Assembly: GCA_030828405.1 (NCBI GenBank)
Contig: JAURCP010000002.1
Location: 70,935 to 134,934, forward strand
Direction: 5' to 3'
Origin: Thermoplasmatota archaeon
GTDB lineage: Archaea > Thermoplasmatota > Poseidoniia > Poseidoniales > Thalassarchaeaceae
DNA length: 64,000 nucleotides
Position 1 is the first letter of the stretch. Every line of letters starts with the position of its first letter. A program made the position numbers and the translations under genes. The notes under the pieces were generated by a model. The model made no database searches. It saw only the letters and a list, made by a program, of their open reading frames with translations, and was not told the DNA's origin. This document shows, one piece after another, positions 19,938 to 31,852 of this stretch.

Positions 19938-20273
19938 TTAACCGAGATTTGCTAACCAAACAACCATACCAAGAATAGTTAAACCAACTGGAACTACATA
20001 CCAAATAACTCTGGTAACTACTGTGTTAGCATCTTGAAATTCTAACTCTCCACTTTCATTTCTGATTAAAGTAGTGTTCTCTAATTTTGAATATGCGCCA
20101 TCAAACTCTTTCTGATGTTTGGATAAGAAAATAAGGAAATATATTGCCATTACAATTGTCCCTCCACCAGTACCCTGCAATAAAACTCCTATGAATTCTA
20201 AAGTTACAGAGTTTCCAATCAACATCTGAGCAACACCCAGCATAACTAAAATTAATGAGTCAATTCGTGCCAT
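19938..20273 (-). CDS. Small hypothetical membrane protein (3 TM)
   Basis: 111-aa ORF with hydrophobic helices. First gene of the flotillin cluster. Confidence 0.45.
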   Translation of the reverse strand: MARIDSLILVMLGVAQMLIGNSVTLEFIGVLLQGTGGGTIVMAIYFLIFLSKHQKEFDGAYSKLENTTLIRNESGELEFQDANTVVTRVIWYVVPVGLTILGMVVWLANLG

Positions 20274-20332
20274 ATGAATAAATCGACAAGACGGTATGAA
20301 ATCAATGTTTTGCCTACATTATCACAATTGTT

Positions 20333-20770
20333 CTACTTCATACTAGTTGGTTTTGATTCCCAAATCGCCCATGTTCCTTTAGCAGTAGCAATAATTTTAC
20401 CCTCCTGATTTGAAAGCACTCCATCACAATGAGCCAAATTTCTGCCACGACGTAAAACTTTACCTTCTGCGACCAAAACATCTCCTACATATGCTGCATT
20501 TAGGAATGAAATATCTAACTGTGCAGTAGCGCACCATTCTTCCTTTTTTATTACTGAAACAAGAGCACCTCCTAAAGCACTGTCGAGCATGGTTGAATGG
20601 AGCCCACCATGTGCAACTCCACCTGCATTCAAATGACTCTCTGAAATTTTACATGTCACAGCACATTCTCCATCACCAAATTTCTTACCAGTAACTCCTA
20701 ATGAATCGCACACTCCTGACAATTTCATTGAAGGGATATAATTTTCATTACCATATGTTTTTTCACTCAT
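20333..20770 (-). CDS. PaaI/YbgC-like hotdog-fold thioesterase
   Basis: NAGGVAHGGLHSTMLDSALGGA motif of the PaaI family. Start placed at ATG 20770 (MSEKTYG), which overlaps the upstream ABC gene stop by 8 nt. The ORF-track start is 20818. Confidence 0.75.
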   Translation of the reverse strand: MSEKTYGNENYIPSMKLSGVCDSLGVTGKKFGDGECAVTCKISESHLNAGGVAHGGLHSTMLDSALGGALVSVIKKEEWCATAQLDISFLNAAYVGDVLVAEGKVLRRGRNLAHCDGVLSNQEGKIIATAKGTWAIWESKPTSMK

Positions 20771-22535
20771 TTTCCGATTCTCCTGTTTGTACTGCCCATA
20801 ATCTCGAATAGATTCCATGATTACTGATCAATTCTTCATGAGTACCTTCTTCAGAGATTGACCCCGAATCTAGAACGATTATTCTATCTGCGTTTCTAAT
20901 TGTCGATAATCTATGGGCGATAATTAAGGTGGTCCTGTCCACTGATATTTTTTCAATTGAGCGCTGTAAAGCCGCTTCAGTTTCGTTATCAACATTACTA
21001 GTAGCTTCATCTAATATTAGAATAGGTGCATCTTTCAAAACCGCTCTAGCGATTGCTAATCTTTGTCTTTGTCCGCCAGAGAGTTTATGCCCATCTTCGC
21101 CGATATTAGTATCCATATCTTCAGGCAACTCTGAGATGAAAAATGATGCTTCAGCGATTCCAGCAGCATATCGTATCTGTTCTTCATTAGAATCAGGGTT
21201 TCCATAAGCAATATTCTCCTTTACAGTGCCTGGGAAAAGTGTTGTATTTTGTGAAACTAAAGATATTGAGCTTCTTAATGAGTTCAGTTTCAAATCTTTA
21301 ATGTTTATTCCATCAATCTCTAGGCTGCCCGATAATGGGTCATGAAATCTCATCAATAAACGAGTTATGGTAGTTTTACCGGAACCTGTTGAACCCACTA
21401 GACCGACTGTTTCACCCGCTTTGATATTGAAACTTATATCATCCAGTACTGATTCTCTCTCAGGATAGGTGAATTTAATATTGTTAAACTGGATATTGCC
21501 TTGAACATTATTTAATTCCTCATGGCCTTCAACAATTCCTATCTCAGTATCTACTAAATCCAAAACCCTAGTAGTTGATGCCATTGCTCTTTGATATAAG
21601 TCAAAAGTTTGCCCCAATCTAGTTAATGGCCAAAGAAGTCTCTGAGTGATGAAAACGATTATTGCGTATGCACCCACATCTAATTCTCCATCTAATGCCA
21701 TCCAACCGCCTACAAGCATATTAGCAGTGAAAGCAAATAAAATTGCCATTCGTATCAATGGAACGAACGAGGCAGAGAGACGGATTGCGTCTCTGTTAGC
21801 ATTTCTATAAGATTGAGATGCTAAATTAACTCGTTCGGATTCTCTATCTTCTGCGGTAAAAGACTTAATCGTGGTAATACCTTGAAGATTATTATTAAGC
21901 AAGGAATTTAATTCACCAACTTCTTCCCTTACTTTCTTGTATCTTACTCCTATCCTTCTTTGGAATATGAATGAACCAATGACAATTATTGGCACGGGTA
22001 TAACTGCTAGTAAAGCCACTTCGGGAGCCAAGATGAACATTATACTACCGACCACTGTGATAGTCGTCGCAAGTTGTAACAAGTCGTTAGCTCCTTGATC
22101 AAGAAATCTTTCAAGTTGATTAACATCATCATTCAGTATAGACATCAAGCCACCAGTTGACTGTTCTGAAAACCACTGCATTTCCAAGTTCTGTATGTGG
22201 TTATAAGTATCAATTCTTAATTCGTGTTGCGCTGTTTGTGCAAGATTACGCCATAAAATCCCCCACCAATACTCAAACAGGGATTCCAAAACCCAAATTA
22301 CTACTGTTATTGCTACCAAAATCAAGAACTGGTCATTGGGATCAGGATAACCATAATTCGCCAAAAAAGATTCTTCACGCTGAACTACAACATCTATCGC
22401 CATTCCGATAAGTATTGGCGGCGCTAGATCCCAAAATTTATTTAAAATTGAACAAAGAGATGCTAATAAAACCGTAAACTGATGATGTTTTAGATGCGAT
22501 AATAGACGTCTTAGTGGGTGTCGCCTTTCGCTCAT
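20763..22535 (-). CDS. ABC exporter, fused permease/ATPase (MsbA/multidrug type)
   Basis: N-terminal 6-TM domain plus NBD: Walker A GSTGSGKTT, signature LSGGQRQR, Walker B ILILDEATS. Confidence 0.9.
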   Translation of the reverse strand: MSERRHPLRRLLSHLKHHQFTVLLASLCSILNKFWDLAPPILIGMAIDVVVQREESFLANYGYPDPNDQFLILVAITVVIWVLESLFEYWWGILWRNLAQTAQHELRIDTYNHIQNLEMQWFSEQSTGGLMSILNDDVNQLERFLDQGANDLLQLATTITVVGSIMFILAPEVALLAVIPVPIIVIGSFIFQRRIGVRYKKVREEVGELNSLLNNNLQGITTIKSFTAEDRESERVNLASQSYRNANRDAIRLSASFVPLIRMAILFAFTANMLVGGWMALDGELDVGAYAIIVFITQRLLWPLTRLGQTFDLYQRAMASTTRVLDLVDTEIGIVEGHEELNNVQGNIQFNNIKFTYPERESVLDDISFNIKAGETVGLVGSTGSGKTTITRLLMRFHDPLSGSLEIDGINIKDLKLNSLRSSISLVSQNTTLFPGTVKENIAYGNPDSNEEQIRYAAGIAEASFFISELPEDMDTNIGEDGHKLSGGQRQRLAIARAVLKDAPILILDEATSNVDNETEAALQRSIEKISVDRTTLIIAHRLSTIRNADRIIVLDSGSISEEGTHEELISNHGIYSRLWAVQTGESENE

Positions 22536-22586
22536 ATCTACTCGTTGATTGCATGATGTTTCAATGTGACCCTGTAGATATTTAGA

Positions 22587-23639
22587 TTACAAAAAATCGT
22601 CAGTCCACTTATTTGCCCAAGTATCAAATACAGAAATAGTAGCATCAACAGTTGAATTTGTCCTTATGTTGTAATAGTCACCACCTGAAACGAAACCATC
22701 TAGATCTACGTCCATCCAATAGAATTCCCACCAGGTTCCATCGTCTAACGATACATTGGTTAAAACATCAGCAAAATTCATTTGTGCCAATGACTCAGAA
22801 TTATTTAGAGAGCCTATCCTAGCATGAAAGTCAAGTTCAGATGGATCAACTTCTGAAATACCATTCGGAATTGTACTGCTCCAAATCCTAATATCATCAT
22901 ATGGAATAGAATTATTATCAGGGATGAATTGAACAGCAGTTCTAGGTAGATTTTCCTGCAAAGTTATAGCCGCAGAATTTCCTGTCTCTACTGTCAGTGA
23001 AAAATCTGAGCCTTTGCCATCATAAATTTCAATTCCAATTATCATTGGTGGTGCTCCTCCTAATTCAAGAATGATGGTGTGTGTTCCATTTGTCCCAGTT
23101 GCAACTTGCTGTAAGGACGTCAAATCTCCAGTAATCTGCCATTCAACGTCATCAAACGCAGTTGTATCAAAACTAAAGGGAGGCCAAAGACCATCTGGGT
23201 CTTCAGCGGCAAGTCTTGCAATTTCATAAAATGGGTCTTCATATTCAGGTAATGCGTCACGTCCTTCGAACCAAACATTTCCAACTCTAACGTTCGTAAT
23301 CCCAGAACCTTCGATAACTTCGGTATCAACCGCAGCATTAGCAATATTATATCTCAAAGCTATAGAACTAAGATTTGAGGACTCATCCTTTCCAACGCTC
23401 CAATCTATTGATACGACTTCATTTTGAATTTCAATTTGTGAAGATGTTTCTATTCTAAGTTGTTCATAATCATCAGCCAACTTTAGGACATTAAATGAAT
23501 TAGGAAGGGATAGAATTGCATTCAGAGAGTCAGATGATAGTGGGAAACAATCGTCATCAGGACAATCGGTAAGAGGAACTTCCAAGCAACCAGAAAGACT
23601 GCATGAAACTAAAATCAATCCAATTATTAGTGCCCTCAC
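22587..23639 (-). CDS. Hypothetical secreted lipoprotein
   Basis: Signal peptide with a lipobox-like LVSCSLSGC, an acidic mature part, and one DxDxDG Ca-loop-like motif (DVDLDGFVSGGD). No family recognised. Confidence 0.55.
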   Translation of the reverse strand: MRALIIGLILVSCSLSGCLEVPLTDCPDDDCFPLSSDSLNAILSLPNSFNVLKLADDYEQLRIETSSQIEIQNEVVSIDWSVGKDESSNLSSIALRYNIANAAVDTEVIEGSGITNVRVGNVWFEGRDALPEYEDPFYEIARLAAEDPDGLWPPFSFDTTAFDDVEWQITGDLTSLQQVATGTNGTHTIILELGGAPPMIIGIEIYDGKGSDFSLTVETGNSAAITLQENLPRTAVQFIPDNNSIPYDDIRIWSSTIPNGISEVDPSELDFHARIGSLNNSESLAQMNFADVLTNVSLDDGTWWEFYWMDVDLDGFVSGGDYYNIRTNSTVDATISVFDTWANKWTDDFL

Positions 23640-23721
23640 AAGTAAGCCGGGAAGTTAATCAGTCAAGACATTATTGAGTCTTTGACACTATTTTTCTCAA
23701 TTACAGCAACGTTGTTGCTAT

Positions 23722-24657
23722 ATGCGATGTCCATTTAGAGTGAATCAGGAAGGGGGCGTTAGGGTGTCGAAAAATATTCTAGTCGTGTATAAAAAAAACT
23801 TCGAAGATGTTCATGATGAAGCATTAGACATTGTAAAAAATACTCTAGAAAATATAAATGAAGAACTTGATATCAAGGTGAACTATTCCGCAAGAGAAAA
23901 AGTTAGTCGTGAAGATTTCATTGGTAGAGATTTAGTTGTAGTGTTGGGAGGTGACGGGACTCTAACATCAATTGCTCATTCTGTTGATGAGAAAACACCA
24001 GTAATGGGTGTAAATAGTCATCCAAGAGAAATGGATAACGACGGTTCATATGGATTCTACATGGGCAGTGATCCAATTAATTTCGGAAAAGATATTCGGA
24101 AAGCTCTCTCCAATGATGCAATTGTTAATATTTTACCAAGATTGCAAGCAGAAATTTCTACGACTAGTGGGAACGTAATACGCTCGGACCCTGCATTGAA
24201 TGATTTATTACTTGCAAACACTCATCAATATCAACCATCAAAGTATAAATTACAAAGAAAAGAAGATTCTAAAAATTCAGAAATTAATTGCATTCAATAT
24301 TCTTCAGGTTGTTTATTCTCTACATTCCTTGGTCAAGGTGCTTGGTATAGGCATATCAATAATATTGAAGGAACTACCTTCCCTGAAAATGAAATAGATA
24401 ACCATTATTTGTTTGTTTCGAGAGATCTTCCTCGAAATGATAGAAGAGATGATGGAACATATTGGGCATGGACCGATCAACCAACTATTTTCACTAGCGA
24501 CATGCATAGAGGATATGTTGTAGCAGATGGATGGGATGAAACACATTTCACACGGGGCGCAACAATTTCAGTAAGTCTCAATGGACCTTCTCTAAAATTA
24601 CTAACTTTTAGAAACACAATTTATGACCGTGTTTCTTATTGGATTAAAACCAATTAA
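23722..24657 (+). CDS. NAD kinase-like protein
   Basis: [12 protein letters not shown] diphosphate-binding motif in an NADK/DAGK-like fold. The rest is divergent. A GTG at 23764, preceded by purine-rich GGAAGGGGG, may be the real start. Confidence 0.5.
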   Translation: MRCPFRVNQEGGVRVSKNILVVYKKNFEDVHDEALDIVKNTLENINEELDIKVNYSAREKVSREDFIGRDLVVVLGGDGTLTSIAHSVDEKTPVMGVNSHPREMDNDGSYGFYMGSDPINFGKDIRKALSNDAIVNILPRLQAEISTTSGNVIRSDPALNDLLLANTHQYQPSKYKLQRKEDSKNSEINCIQYSSGCLFSTFLGQGAWYRHINNIEGTTFPENEIDNHYLFVSRDLPRNDRRDDGTYWAWTDQPTIFTSDMHRGYVVADGWDETHFTRGATISVSLNGPSLKLLTFRNTIYDRVSYWIKTN

Positions 24658-25397
24658 AGTATCTGTTCAAGGAATAGTTTTGTCCTTTCATGCTCAGGAT
24701 TATCAAAGAATACATCAGGAGTATTCTCTTCAATTAACATACCTTCATCGAATAGAATTACTCGATCTGCAACTTCCTTAGCGAAACCCATCTCGTGAGT
24801 AACTACAATCATAGTTACATCTTCTCTTGCTAAGTCAATCATCACATCAAGTACCTCCTTAATCATCTCAGGATCTAAAGCAGAAGTTGGTTCATCGAAT
24901 AACATAATTTTAGGATCCATTGCCAATGCCCTGGCAATAGCAACACGCTGTTGCTGACCTCCGGATAGTCCACTTGGATATTTGTAGGCTTGCTCAGGAA
25001 TCCCAACACGTTCTAATAATTCAATGGCTTTTTCTTCAGCCTCCTTTTTCTTAATTCCCTTCACTTTCATCGGAGCAAGTGTGATATTTTCCATAATGGT
25101 CAAATGAGGGAATAAATTAAATTGCTGGAATACAAAACCCACTTCCGCTCTAACTTTCTTAAGATCTGCTACAGTCGTATCATCATCAATATTTATTCCA
25201 TCAATATATATTGTGCCCGCACTATGAGGTTGAAGCCTATTCAAGGTTCTAATGAATGTTGATTTTCCTGAACCAGATGGCCCTAGTACCACGATAATCT
25301 CACCTCTCCTTACTTCCATATCTATTCCCTTTAGTGCCCAAAAATCACCAAAATTTACTTTTACTCCCTTTGTTTCTATAATTACTTCATCACTCAT
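24654..25397 (-). CDS. Polar amino-acid ABC transporter ATP-binding protein (AapP/GlnQ type)
   Basis: Walker [10 protein letters not shown], signature [15 protein letters not shown], Walker [12 protein letters not shown]. Confidence 0.93.
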   Translation of the reverse strand: MSDEVIIETKGVKVNFGDFWALKGIDMEVRRGEIIVVLGPSGSGKSTFIRTLNRLQPHSAGTIYIDGINIDDDTTVADLKKVRAEVGFVFQQFNLFPHLTIMENITLAPMKVKGIKKKEAEEKAIELLERVGIPEQAYKYPSGLSGGQQQRVAIARALAMDPKIMLFDEPTSALDPEMIKEVLDVMIDLAREDVTMIVVTHEMGFAKEVADRVILFDEGMLIEENTPDVFFDNPEHERTKLFLEQIL

Positions 25398-26998
25398 GCT
25401 GCGTCTCCTCCTCCTTCTTTAACTAAACCTAGCCCCTTTTCTACATTCATTGAAACTCTAGAAAGATAGAATGCAAACACCCAGAAAACTAGGGCTGTGA
25501 AATATACGGGTTCTAAAAAGTCGCCTAAGAATCTAAGATCTGTATTAGCCATCGTTTTAGATATCCTAAAGAAATCGACAATCTCTATTATGAAAAGAAG
25601 TGTGGTATCTTTCCATAAACCGATAAAAACACTTACAATTGAAGGAAGAGTAGTTCTGACAGCATTTGGTAATTCTATTTGTAGTTTAATCTGAATTGGA
25701 CTCAGCCCTAAAGCCAAAGCTGCTTCTTTCTGCCCACTATCAACCGCTTGTAGTCCACCCCTGATTACTTCAGCGATATAGCACCCTCCGAATAGACTGA
25801 ATATTGCCATCATCCTAACTATATTATCAAAATCTTCAGGGTTAGTAAATAGTGGATCTGCAACATCAGGTAAAAGGTACATTGCAAAATATAACCAGCA
25901 AATTAGAGGGCCTGATCGGACTATCTCAATTACAGCAACACCTGGCCACTTGAGTACAGGTAGCGTACTCTGACGAGAGAATGCTAATATGACACCAATG
26001 GCAAATCCTAATACACAACCGGCTGCTGCTACAATAAGATTAATCAAGAGCCCACCCCATCTTGCTGGAGGAACACCATCTCGAGTTATGAGTTCTAATT
26101 GTGATTCAAAAATACCGAAACCAACGAGATGAGCGGCGAAGTTCTTAATGAACTCTGGAGGGTCAAGTAGAATTATTGTCAGGAAAAATGTAGATATCGC
26201 AGCATATCCTATGTACTTCTTTGCACGATTTAACTTATATTCCTCTACATTATTTGAATAATATCTCATTGCAAAGAAACAACATAAAGAAAGCACTGTG
26301 GCAAGAATGAAGCGGAAAAGAACTCTGTCAATGTTATAATTTGCTTCCAAAGGATTGCCTGCAAAGGCTAAAATAATGGCAGAAACTACTCCAAAGCCAA
26401 TTAAATAAGATCTTGTTGAAGTTCCAGAGGTTCCGTAAGCAGATCCTACAATCCCCCATAACAGGAAGATTATTGGCCAAATTCTCCAATTCTCGGAAAC
26501 CAAATAATCCTGAGTCATAGCCTCAGTCAAATTTGGACCAAGCATTACTGAAACCCTATTCGCCCATACTATATCCCACCTCATACTAATGACTAGAACA
26601 TCGAATACCCATTCTACCAAAAATAGCATGATAAATGAAGAAATTATTCCAAGAAGTGCAGTAGAACCAAACCATGGCAATGGAACAATCTTAGGAATTA
26701 TCCTAGTTCTTTTGATGACTGAAATTAAAATTACCCAAGAAACACCTAACCAGGCTACAGCAACAGCCGAGGAGTAGATTAGGGCATCTGCGGAGCTCAC
26801 TTCTCCCCCAATAGTGATTGATGATTTAGTTGTAATTAACATGTAAGAGGAGAATAATACTGAAAATACTAAGCATAGCAGGGAAAGATTGACATCCATC
26901 TTACTATTATTATCCCACCTTGACCTTCCAGCAACTCCTCTCTCTAATTCTAGAATCTTCTTAATGAATGAATTGAAGGTTCTAATATCACCACTCAT
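25394..26998 (-). CDS. Amino-acid ABC transporter permease (AapM-like) with enlarged N-terminal TM region
   Basis: C-terminal HisMQ-type permease core ([21 protein letters not shown] loop) preceded by roughly 250 aa of extra TM helices. Confidence 0.8.
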   Translation of the reverse strand: MSGDIRTFNSFIKKILELERGVAGRSRWDNNSKMDVNLSLLCLVFSVLFSSYMLITTKSSITIGGEVSSADALIYSSAVAVAWLGVSWVILISVIKRTRIIPKIVPLPWFGSTALLGIISSFIMLFLVEWVFDVLVISMRWDIVWANRVSVMLGPNLTEAMTQDYLVSENWRIWPIIFLLWGIVGSAYGTSGTSTRSYLIGFGVVSAIILAFAGNPLEANYNIDRVLFRFILATVLSLCCFFAMRYYSNNVEEYKLNRAKKYIGYAAISTFFLTIILLDPPEFIKNFAAHLVGFGIFESQLELITRDGVPPARWGGLLINLIVAAAGCVLGFAIGVILAFSRQSTLPVLKWPGVAVIEIVRSGPLICWLYFAMYLLPDVADPLFTNPEDFDNIVRMMAIFSLFGGCYIAEVIRGGLQAVDSGQKEAALALGLSPIQIKLQIELPNAVRTTLPSIVSVFIGLWKDTTLLFIIEIVDFFRISKTMANTDLRFLGDFLEPVYFTALVFWVFAFYLSRVSMNVEKGLGLVKEGGGDAA

Positions 26999-28812
26999 AT
27001 TTTCACCCTCGTAACTCTAGAATTAAAGAAGTTCATAATTCCTGAAATTATTAGACTACCTGTTTGATAAATAACAAGCAATAGCAAGAATAGAGGAATA
27101 AGTTTCCCTACATTATTCATCATTACAAATATCACGTAGAATATATCACTATAAGCCACGATTATAGCCAGGCTAGAATTCTTCCAGACATTCATATATT
27201 GGCTATTCAAGAGAGGAATCATGCTTCTTAATGCTTGAGGAAGTATGACCAGCCTAAGTCTCTGGAAAGAGGATAGCCCAAGTGAAATTGATGCTTCAAT
27301 CTGCCCTCTTGGTAATGCCTGAATACTACCTCTAACTATCTCAGCCACCACTGCTGCAGTGAACAAAGTCAGTCCAATGATAAGAGCCAAAAATGACTTT
27401 GTGATTTCGAATGCGGAACCATCCTCTATGTTCCAAGACCCTGGAATTCCTTCATTTGGCTTAACATAATTGGGAAGCGACATATCACCAGTTAGGATTA
27501 TTCCAAGACAAATTGATAATGTCAATGACCAAATTAAAGTTTTCTTGGCTAGTGCTTCTTCTGAGTCATCAACACCCTCTCTATCTCTGTAACGACTCCA
27601 GCCCCAGAGAGAGAGAACTATGGCAACAGCCATCAACATCCTAGCCGTTTCTGGTCTGGGGATGAAGATCCCCTGGTTACTATAATAAATCCAACCTGCA
27701 ATATTTGCCTCGTCCTGGAATAAAGGAAGAGACTCACCTAACTGTAACATTATCAGGAAAAGTAGGACTGCCAGAGGCATGTTTCTGAATACCTCTACGT
27801 AGACTGTTGCTAGACTGGAGGTAAGCTTGTTACTGGATAGTCTTGTAACCCCTATCAGGACCCCTAATATTGTACAAAATACGATACTAAGGATAGTTGC
27901 TCGGCCAGAGTTCAAAATTGCGGCATAGAGAAACTTCCATCTATCATCATCAGGGAAATCTGGCTGTATAGGCCAAGCATTAATTTCGAAAGTATTCTTC
28001 ATATCCATAAACGACCATGAGAGATCCCATCTCTCTCTAGTTACAGAGTCCGGATTTTTGAGAAGAAATAGAAGTCTTGTCGTAAGGTAAAGAATCAACG
28101 GTAAAGCTATGATTAAAATCATAGTCGAATTTCTTCTATCATGAACAAGAGGATTCCCAGACTCAGAATATATCTGAATGAATACAAATAAAGCCATTGC
28201 TAAGAGTATAATTGAAAGGAAAAATGGAATGTCAGAGGATATTATTGGGGGTAAAAAAGAAATATTTATCGACATCGATATAAAAATAACAAAAATTAAG
28301 ATTGTATTAATCCACGGATGAATTGATTGGAAGGATGATTTTTCCATCCAACTTTTTTGAGGGACTAATTTGACCAAATCTATATCCTCAAGAGCCAAAA
28401 TTAGCGTCAACATTACAGGTGTTCCAATCAGGATAAATGGCATGCCTTTTGCAGGACTGAAATCAAACTCAGGTCTTGAGACCATTAATAATATAATTAA
28501 AGTTATAAACAAACCCGCTAGGCTCCTTGAGAAATTATATTTTTTAGATTTGATTGCAGGTAGGATATCATTTCTAGTAAGGAAAAGGAAGAAAAGGAAA
28601 ACTATCAGAATTATACTAGAAAGTGTATTTGGAGAATAGTAGGCAGGATTTTGCTGAACTCCATTTGTGAAATAAGAACGAGACATACTGGAAATAGAAT
28701 CAACAGTAGGATTCAGCATCTTTGTGTTATATTTCCATAAAATTATGATTGCAATAATCGCTTGCAGTGATTTCAAAAAATTAATTCGATTAGAAAGATA
28801 ATTCAAATTCAT
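26995..28812 (-). CDS. Amino-acid ABC transporter permease (AapQ-like) with enlarged N-terminal TM region
   Basis: C-terminal permease core (EASISLGLSSFQRLRLVILPQALR EAA loop) preceded by roughly 300 aa containing about 7 extra hydrophobic helices. Confidence 0.8.
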   Translation of the reverse strand: MNLNYLSNRINFLKSLQAIIAIIILWKYNTKMLNPTVDSISSMSRSYFTNGVQQNPAYYSPNTLSSIILIVFLFFLFLTRNDILPAIKSKKYNFSRSLAGLFITLIILLMVSRPEFDFSPAKGMPFILIGTPVMLTLILALEDIDLVKLVPQKSWMEKSSFQSIHPWINTILIFVIFISMSINISFLPPIISSDIPFFLSIILLAMALFVFIQIYSESGNPLVHDRRNSTMILIIALPLILYLTTRLLFLLKNPDSVTRERWDLSWSFMDMKNTFEINAWPIQPDFPDDDRWKFLYAAILNSGRATILSIVFCTILGVLIGVTRLSSNKLTSSLATVYVEVFRNMPLAVLLFLIMLQLGESLPLFQDEANIAGWIYYSNQGIFIPRPETARMLMAVAIVLSLWGWSRYRDREGVDDSEEALAKKTLIWSLTLSICLGIILTGDMSLPNYVKPNEGIPGSWNIEDGSAFEITKSFLALIIGLTLFTAAVVAEIVRGSIQALPRGQIEASISLGLSSFQRLRLVILPQALRSMIPLLNSQYMNVWKNSSLAIIVAYSDIFYVIFVMMNNVGKLIPLFLLLLVIYQTGSLIISGIMNFFNSRVTRVKI

Positions 28813-28847
28813 TAAACATACTTCCTAATTTTAGAGATTTAAGTGAG

Positions 28848-28878
28848 TCCCTTGGAGGAGGTATACCCCTCCAAGGGA
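28848..28878 (-). promoter_or_regulatory. Intercistronic stem-loop between the binding-protein gene and the first permease gene
   Basis: tcccttggagg / cctccaaggga forms an 11-bp perfect stem around a 9-nt loop. The loop itself contains the palindrome ggtatacc. Confidence 0.6.
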
Positions 28879-28911
28879 TTTCGTAATTCCGAGTGAACTA
28901 ATCTATATTGA

Positions 28912-30090
28912 TCAGCGCATTGGTGGTGCGAACTGCAGACCACCCTCTGATACGAGAGCGTTAGCAGTACCTACACGTGATAATACACAGCCAGTCATAG
29001 TATCTGAGCCACCCACATCAGCATCCCAGCTACCATCACAGAATGAGTCATCCCATGCTTCTCCGTAGTTTCCTACGTGAGATAGAACGTTCTGCATCCA
29101 TGTTGCAGGTAGAGGGTTTGCATCTGTTCCTAGACCAAGATTCTGATTTAGAAGTCTATCAACTGATGGGTTAGTCATATCTGCATCCATGTAATTCCCT
29201 GAATGAAGTCCCATTTCTTCAGCAGTTACCATTCCGTACCATACCCATGTTACAACATCCTTCCAGTCGGAATCCATGTCACGAACAGCAGCCCCTAGAG
29301 GCTCTTTGGATAGTAATTCTGGAGCAATCCAAAGATCACAGCCATCACAATCTCCTGCAGTCTCAAGAGTATACTTCTTTGCTACCATAGCAGACATGTC
29401 GCCAGTGAAAGCATCGCATGAACCAGATACTAGTTCAGCAGTTGCCTCAGCAGCATCTGCAACTGGTATTACATTCATTCCAACACTGTTAACTGTATTC
29501 CAGTCAGCAACGTTGCCTTCAGTTGTTGTTCCAGTACCAACGCAAACATTAGCACCTGCTAGGTTAAGAGCAGAATTACTCATGTTATCTTGTGGGAAAG
29601 CATCTCCACGGATGAGAATTCCTTGCCCATCAAAGAAGTTCATTCCAGCGAAATCTGCATTTAGCCCAACGTCACGGCTTGTAGTCCATGTAGTAGTTCT
29701 AATCAGAACATCGATTTCTCCAGAAGCAAGCTTCTCGAATCGATCACCAGAACTAGCTAGAATGTACTCAATCTGAGTATCTGGGTCCAGTCCAATTGCA
29801 GCAGCCACAGCTCTGCAGTACTCGATATCGAGTCCGGAACGAACACCATCAGCGTCAGCGAAGCCCATGCCCCACTGGGAATCTTTGACTCCACACTTCA
29901 TCATTCCATTTTCTCCACGTTCGTGGATCGTGTCCAAGGTACTGACTGGTGTTGCTTCAGCAATTCCAGCAAGTCTTCCTTCTTCTCTTGCGGTATCAAC
30001 GTCTTCATCGGTGACGTCAGAACCAGCACAGCCCGCTAGGGCCGCAGTCATCATTAACAGCATCATAGTTGTAGCGAGTAAACTTCGCAT
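28912..30090 (-). CDS. Amino-acid ABC transporter substrate-binding lipoprotein (AapJ-like)
   Basis: Signal peptide plus lipobox (MRSLLATTMMLLMMTAALAGC) and a type-2 periplasmic-binding-protein fold. Start set at ATG 30090. The ORF-track start 30147 would add 19 aa ahead of the signal peptide. Confidence 0.8.
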   Translation of the reverse strand: MRSLLATTMMLLMMTAALAGCAGSDVTDEDVDTAREEGRLAGIAEATPVSTLDTIHERGENGMMKCGVKDSQWGMGFADADGVRSGLDIEYCRAVAAAIGLDPDTQIEYILASSGDRFEKLASGEIDVLIRTTTWTTSRDVGLNADFAGMNFFDGQGILIRGDAFPQDNMSNSALNLAGANVCVGTGTTTEGNVADWNTVNSVGMNVIPVADAAEATAELVSGSCDAFTGDMSAMVAKKYTLETAGDCDGCDLWIAPELLSKEPLGAAVRDMDSDWKDVVTWVWYGMVTAEEMGLHSGNYMDADMTNPSVDRLLNQNLGLGTDANPLPATWMQNVLSHVGNYGEAWDDSFCDGSWDADVGGSDTMTGCVLSRVGTANALVSEGGLQFAPPMR

Positions 30091-30110
30091 GTCCCTTCTA
30101 GAACATATGG

Positions 30111-30120
30111 TAAATATATA
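30111..30120 (-). promoter_or_regulatory. Candidate TATA box for the amino-acid ABC operon (leaderless-type spacing)
   Basis: The minus strand reads TATATATTTA, centred about 26 nt upstream of ATG 30090. Confidence 0.35.
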
Positions 30121-30303
30121 CTTTCGCACAGATGTGAATAAACTCACTAATTTGAATATGTTATATTAAAAAATGATATTAGAGCCACATTGTACCCAAA
30201 ATTAAAAAATAACATTGATAAAAAACATCAAGAATATTAATAATTCAAGGAGAATTAGTGTAAATAGGAGGTTTTGAGAAAATATAGAGCTAACGCTAAT
30301 ACT

Positions 30304-30354
30304 AAAAAAAATATAGAAAGAAAGGTTGGAAAGAGCAGGATGCCGAAGCATCCT
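30304..30354 (-). terminator. 16S rRNA terminator: UUCG-capped hairpin followed by T8
   Basis: The minus strand reads AGGAUGC-UUCG-GCAUCCU (30337-30354), 26 nt after the 16S 3' end. A run of eight T follows at 30304-30311. Confidence 0.6.
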
Positions 30355-30380
30355 ACTCCCCCCGGTTTTCCGAGTTTCTT

Positions 30381-31852
<1,472 letters not shown>

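Noticed and set aside
22548-22575. C/D-box-like half motif ATGATGT-N12-CTGT in the spacer upstream of the ABC exporter gene.
   Set aside because: Both boxes are non-canonical, with no C'/D' pair and no terminal stem. It is most likely chance in AT-rich spacer.
30148-30380. Possible tRNA-Ala or ITS and the start of a 23S gene downstream of the 16S.
   Set aside because: The 230-nt stretch is AT-rich and contains only the UUCG hairpin and T8 tract. It is followed by the promoter region of the ABC operon. No tRNA-like arms or 23S 5' sequence are present.
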